Both the position numbers and the translations under genes were made by a program. The notes beneath the pieces were generated by a model. It saw only the letters and a program-made list of their open reading frames with translations, was not told where the DNA came from and made no database searches. From Callorhinchus milii (taxonomy: Eukaryota), in NCBI RefSeq assembly GCF_018977255.1, contig NW_024704749.1:6634001-6698000 (forward strand): a stretch of DNA of 64,000 nucleotides, written 5' to 3'. Positions 63,658-64,000 of this stretch are shown here, piece by piece. Positions within the stretch are counted from its first letter, which is position 1. Every line of letters starts with the position of its first letter.

Positions 63658-64000
63658 AATAATAATAATAATCCTTGCATTTGATATAGCGCTTTTTCAT
63701 GTCTTCGAGATGTCTCAAGGTACTTCACAAAATGTACTGTACAGTGAATAGACTATACTTTGTGGGTAACACGCTACAGCCAATTGTGCACAGCAGTGTC
63801 CCACAAACAGTCATGGATTGACGTGACCAATATATTATTTTTTTAAAGGAATTATTACCCCCGGAAAAGCGATCCGCCAATCAACCGGGTTCCTACTTAA
63901 ACAGAGGCGTGTGGAGTAAGGAAATTTGCCCAATATTTCGCCCTGCTGGAAACCGAACCCAGGTCTCTCGCTTGTGAGGCGAGTGCTCTAACCTCTGAGC
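63658..64000 (-). mobile_element. SINE running to the window end
   Basis: Reverse-complement tail, core and most of the tRNA head. Confidence 0.85.

Overview
Vertebrate genomic DNA, not prokaryotic. The compact introns and the L2, CR1 and tRNA-derived DeuSINE-like repeats suggest a cartilaginous fish such as Callorhinchus, which is an inference. The window carries the block syntenic to human 22q12. I reconstructed these genes by hand, with frame-consistent GT-AG junctions: CABP7 (+, 5 coding exons, 215 aa), ZMAT5 (-, 5 coding exons, 169 aa), UQCR10 (+, 2 exons, 62 aa, head-to-head with ZMAT5) and ASCC2 (-, 18 coding exons, 749 aa). A CpG island at about 50.6-51.9 kb probably also drives MTMR3; this rests on synteny only, since no MTMR3 coding exon is visible. 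The main surprise is an intact single-exon chemerin-receptor-like GPCR (GPR1/CMKLR2-like, but with a DRC motif) between UQCR10 and ASCC2, where I recall no gene in human. Other notable points: a U12-type intron in ASCC2 near the minor-spliceosome gene ZMAT5; a duplicated 'poison' acceptor at ASCC2 coding exon 3; inverted repeats flanking ASCC2 exons; a TA-flanked MITE; an unclassified dispersed repeat; and a SINE head that still folds as a near-complete tRNA. Most short ORFs in the supplied track are spurious. Repeat boundaries are approximate.
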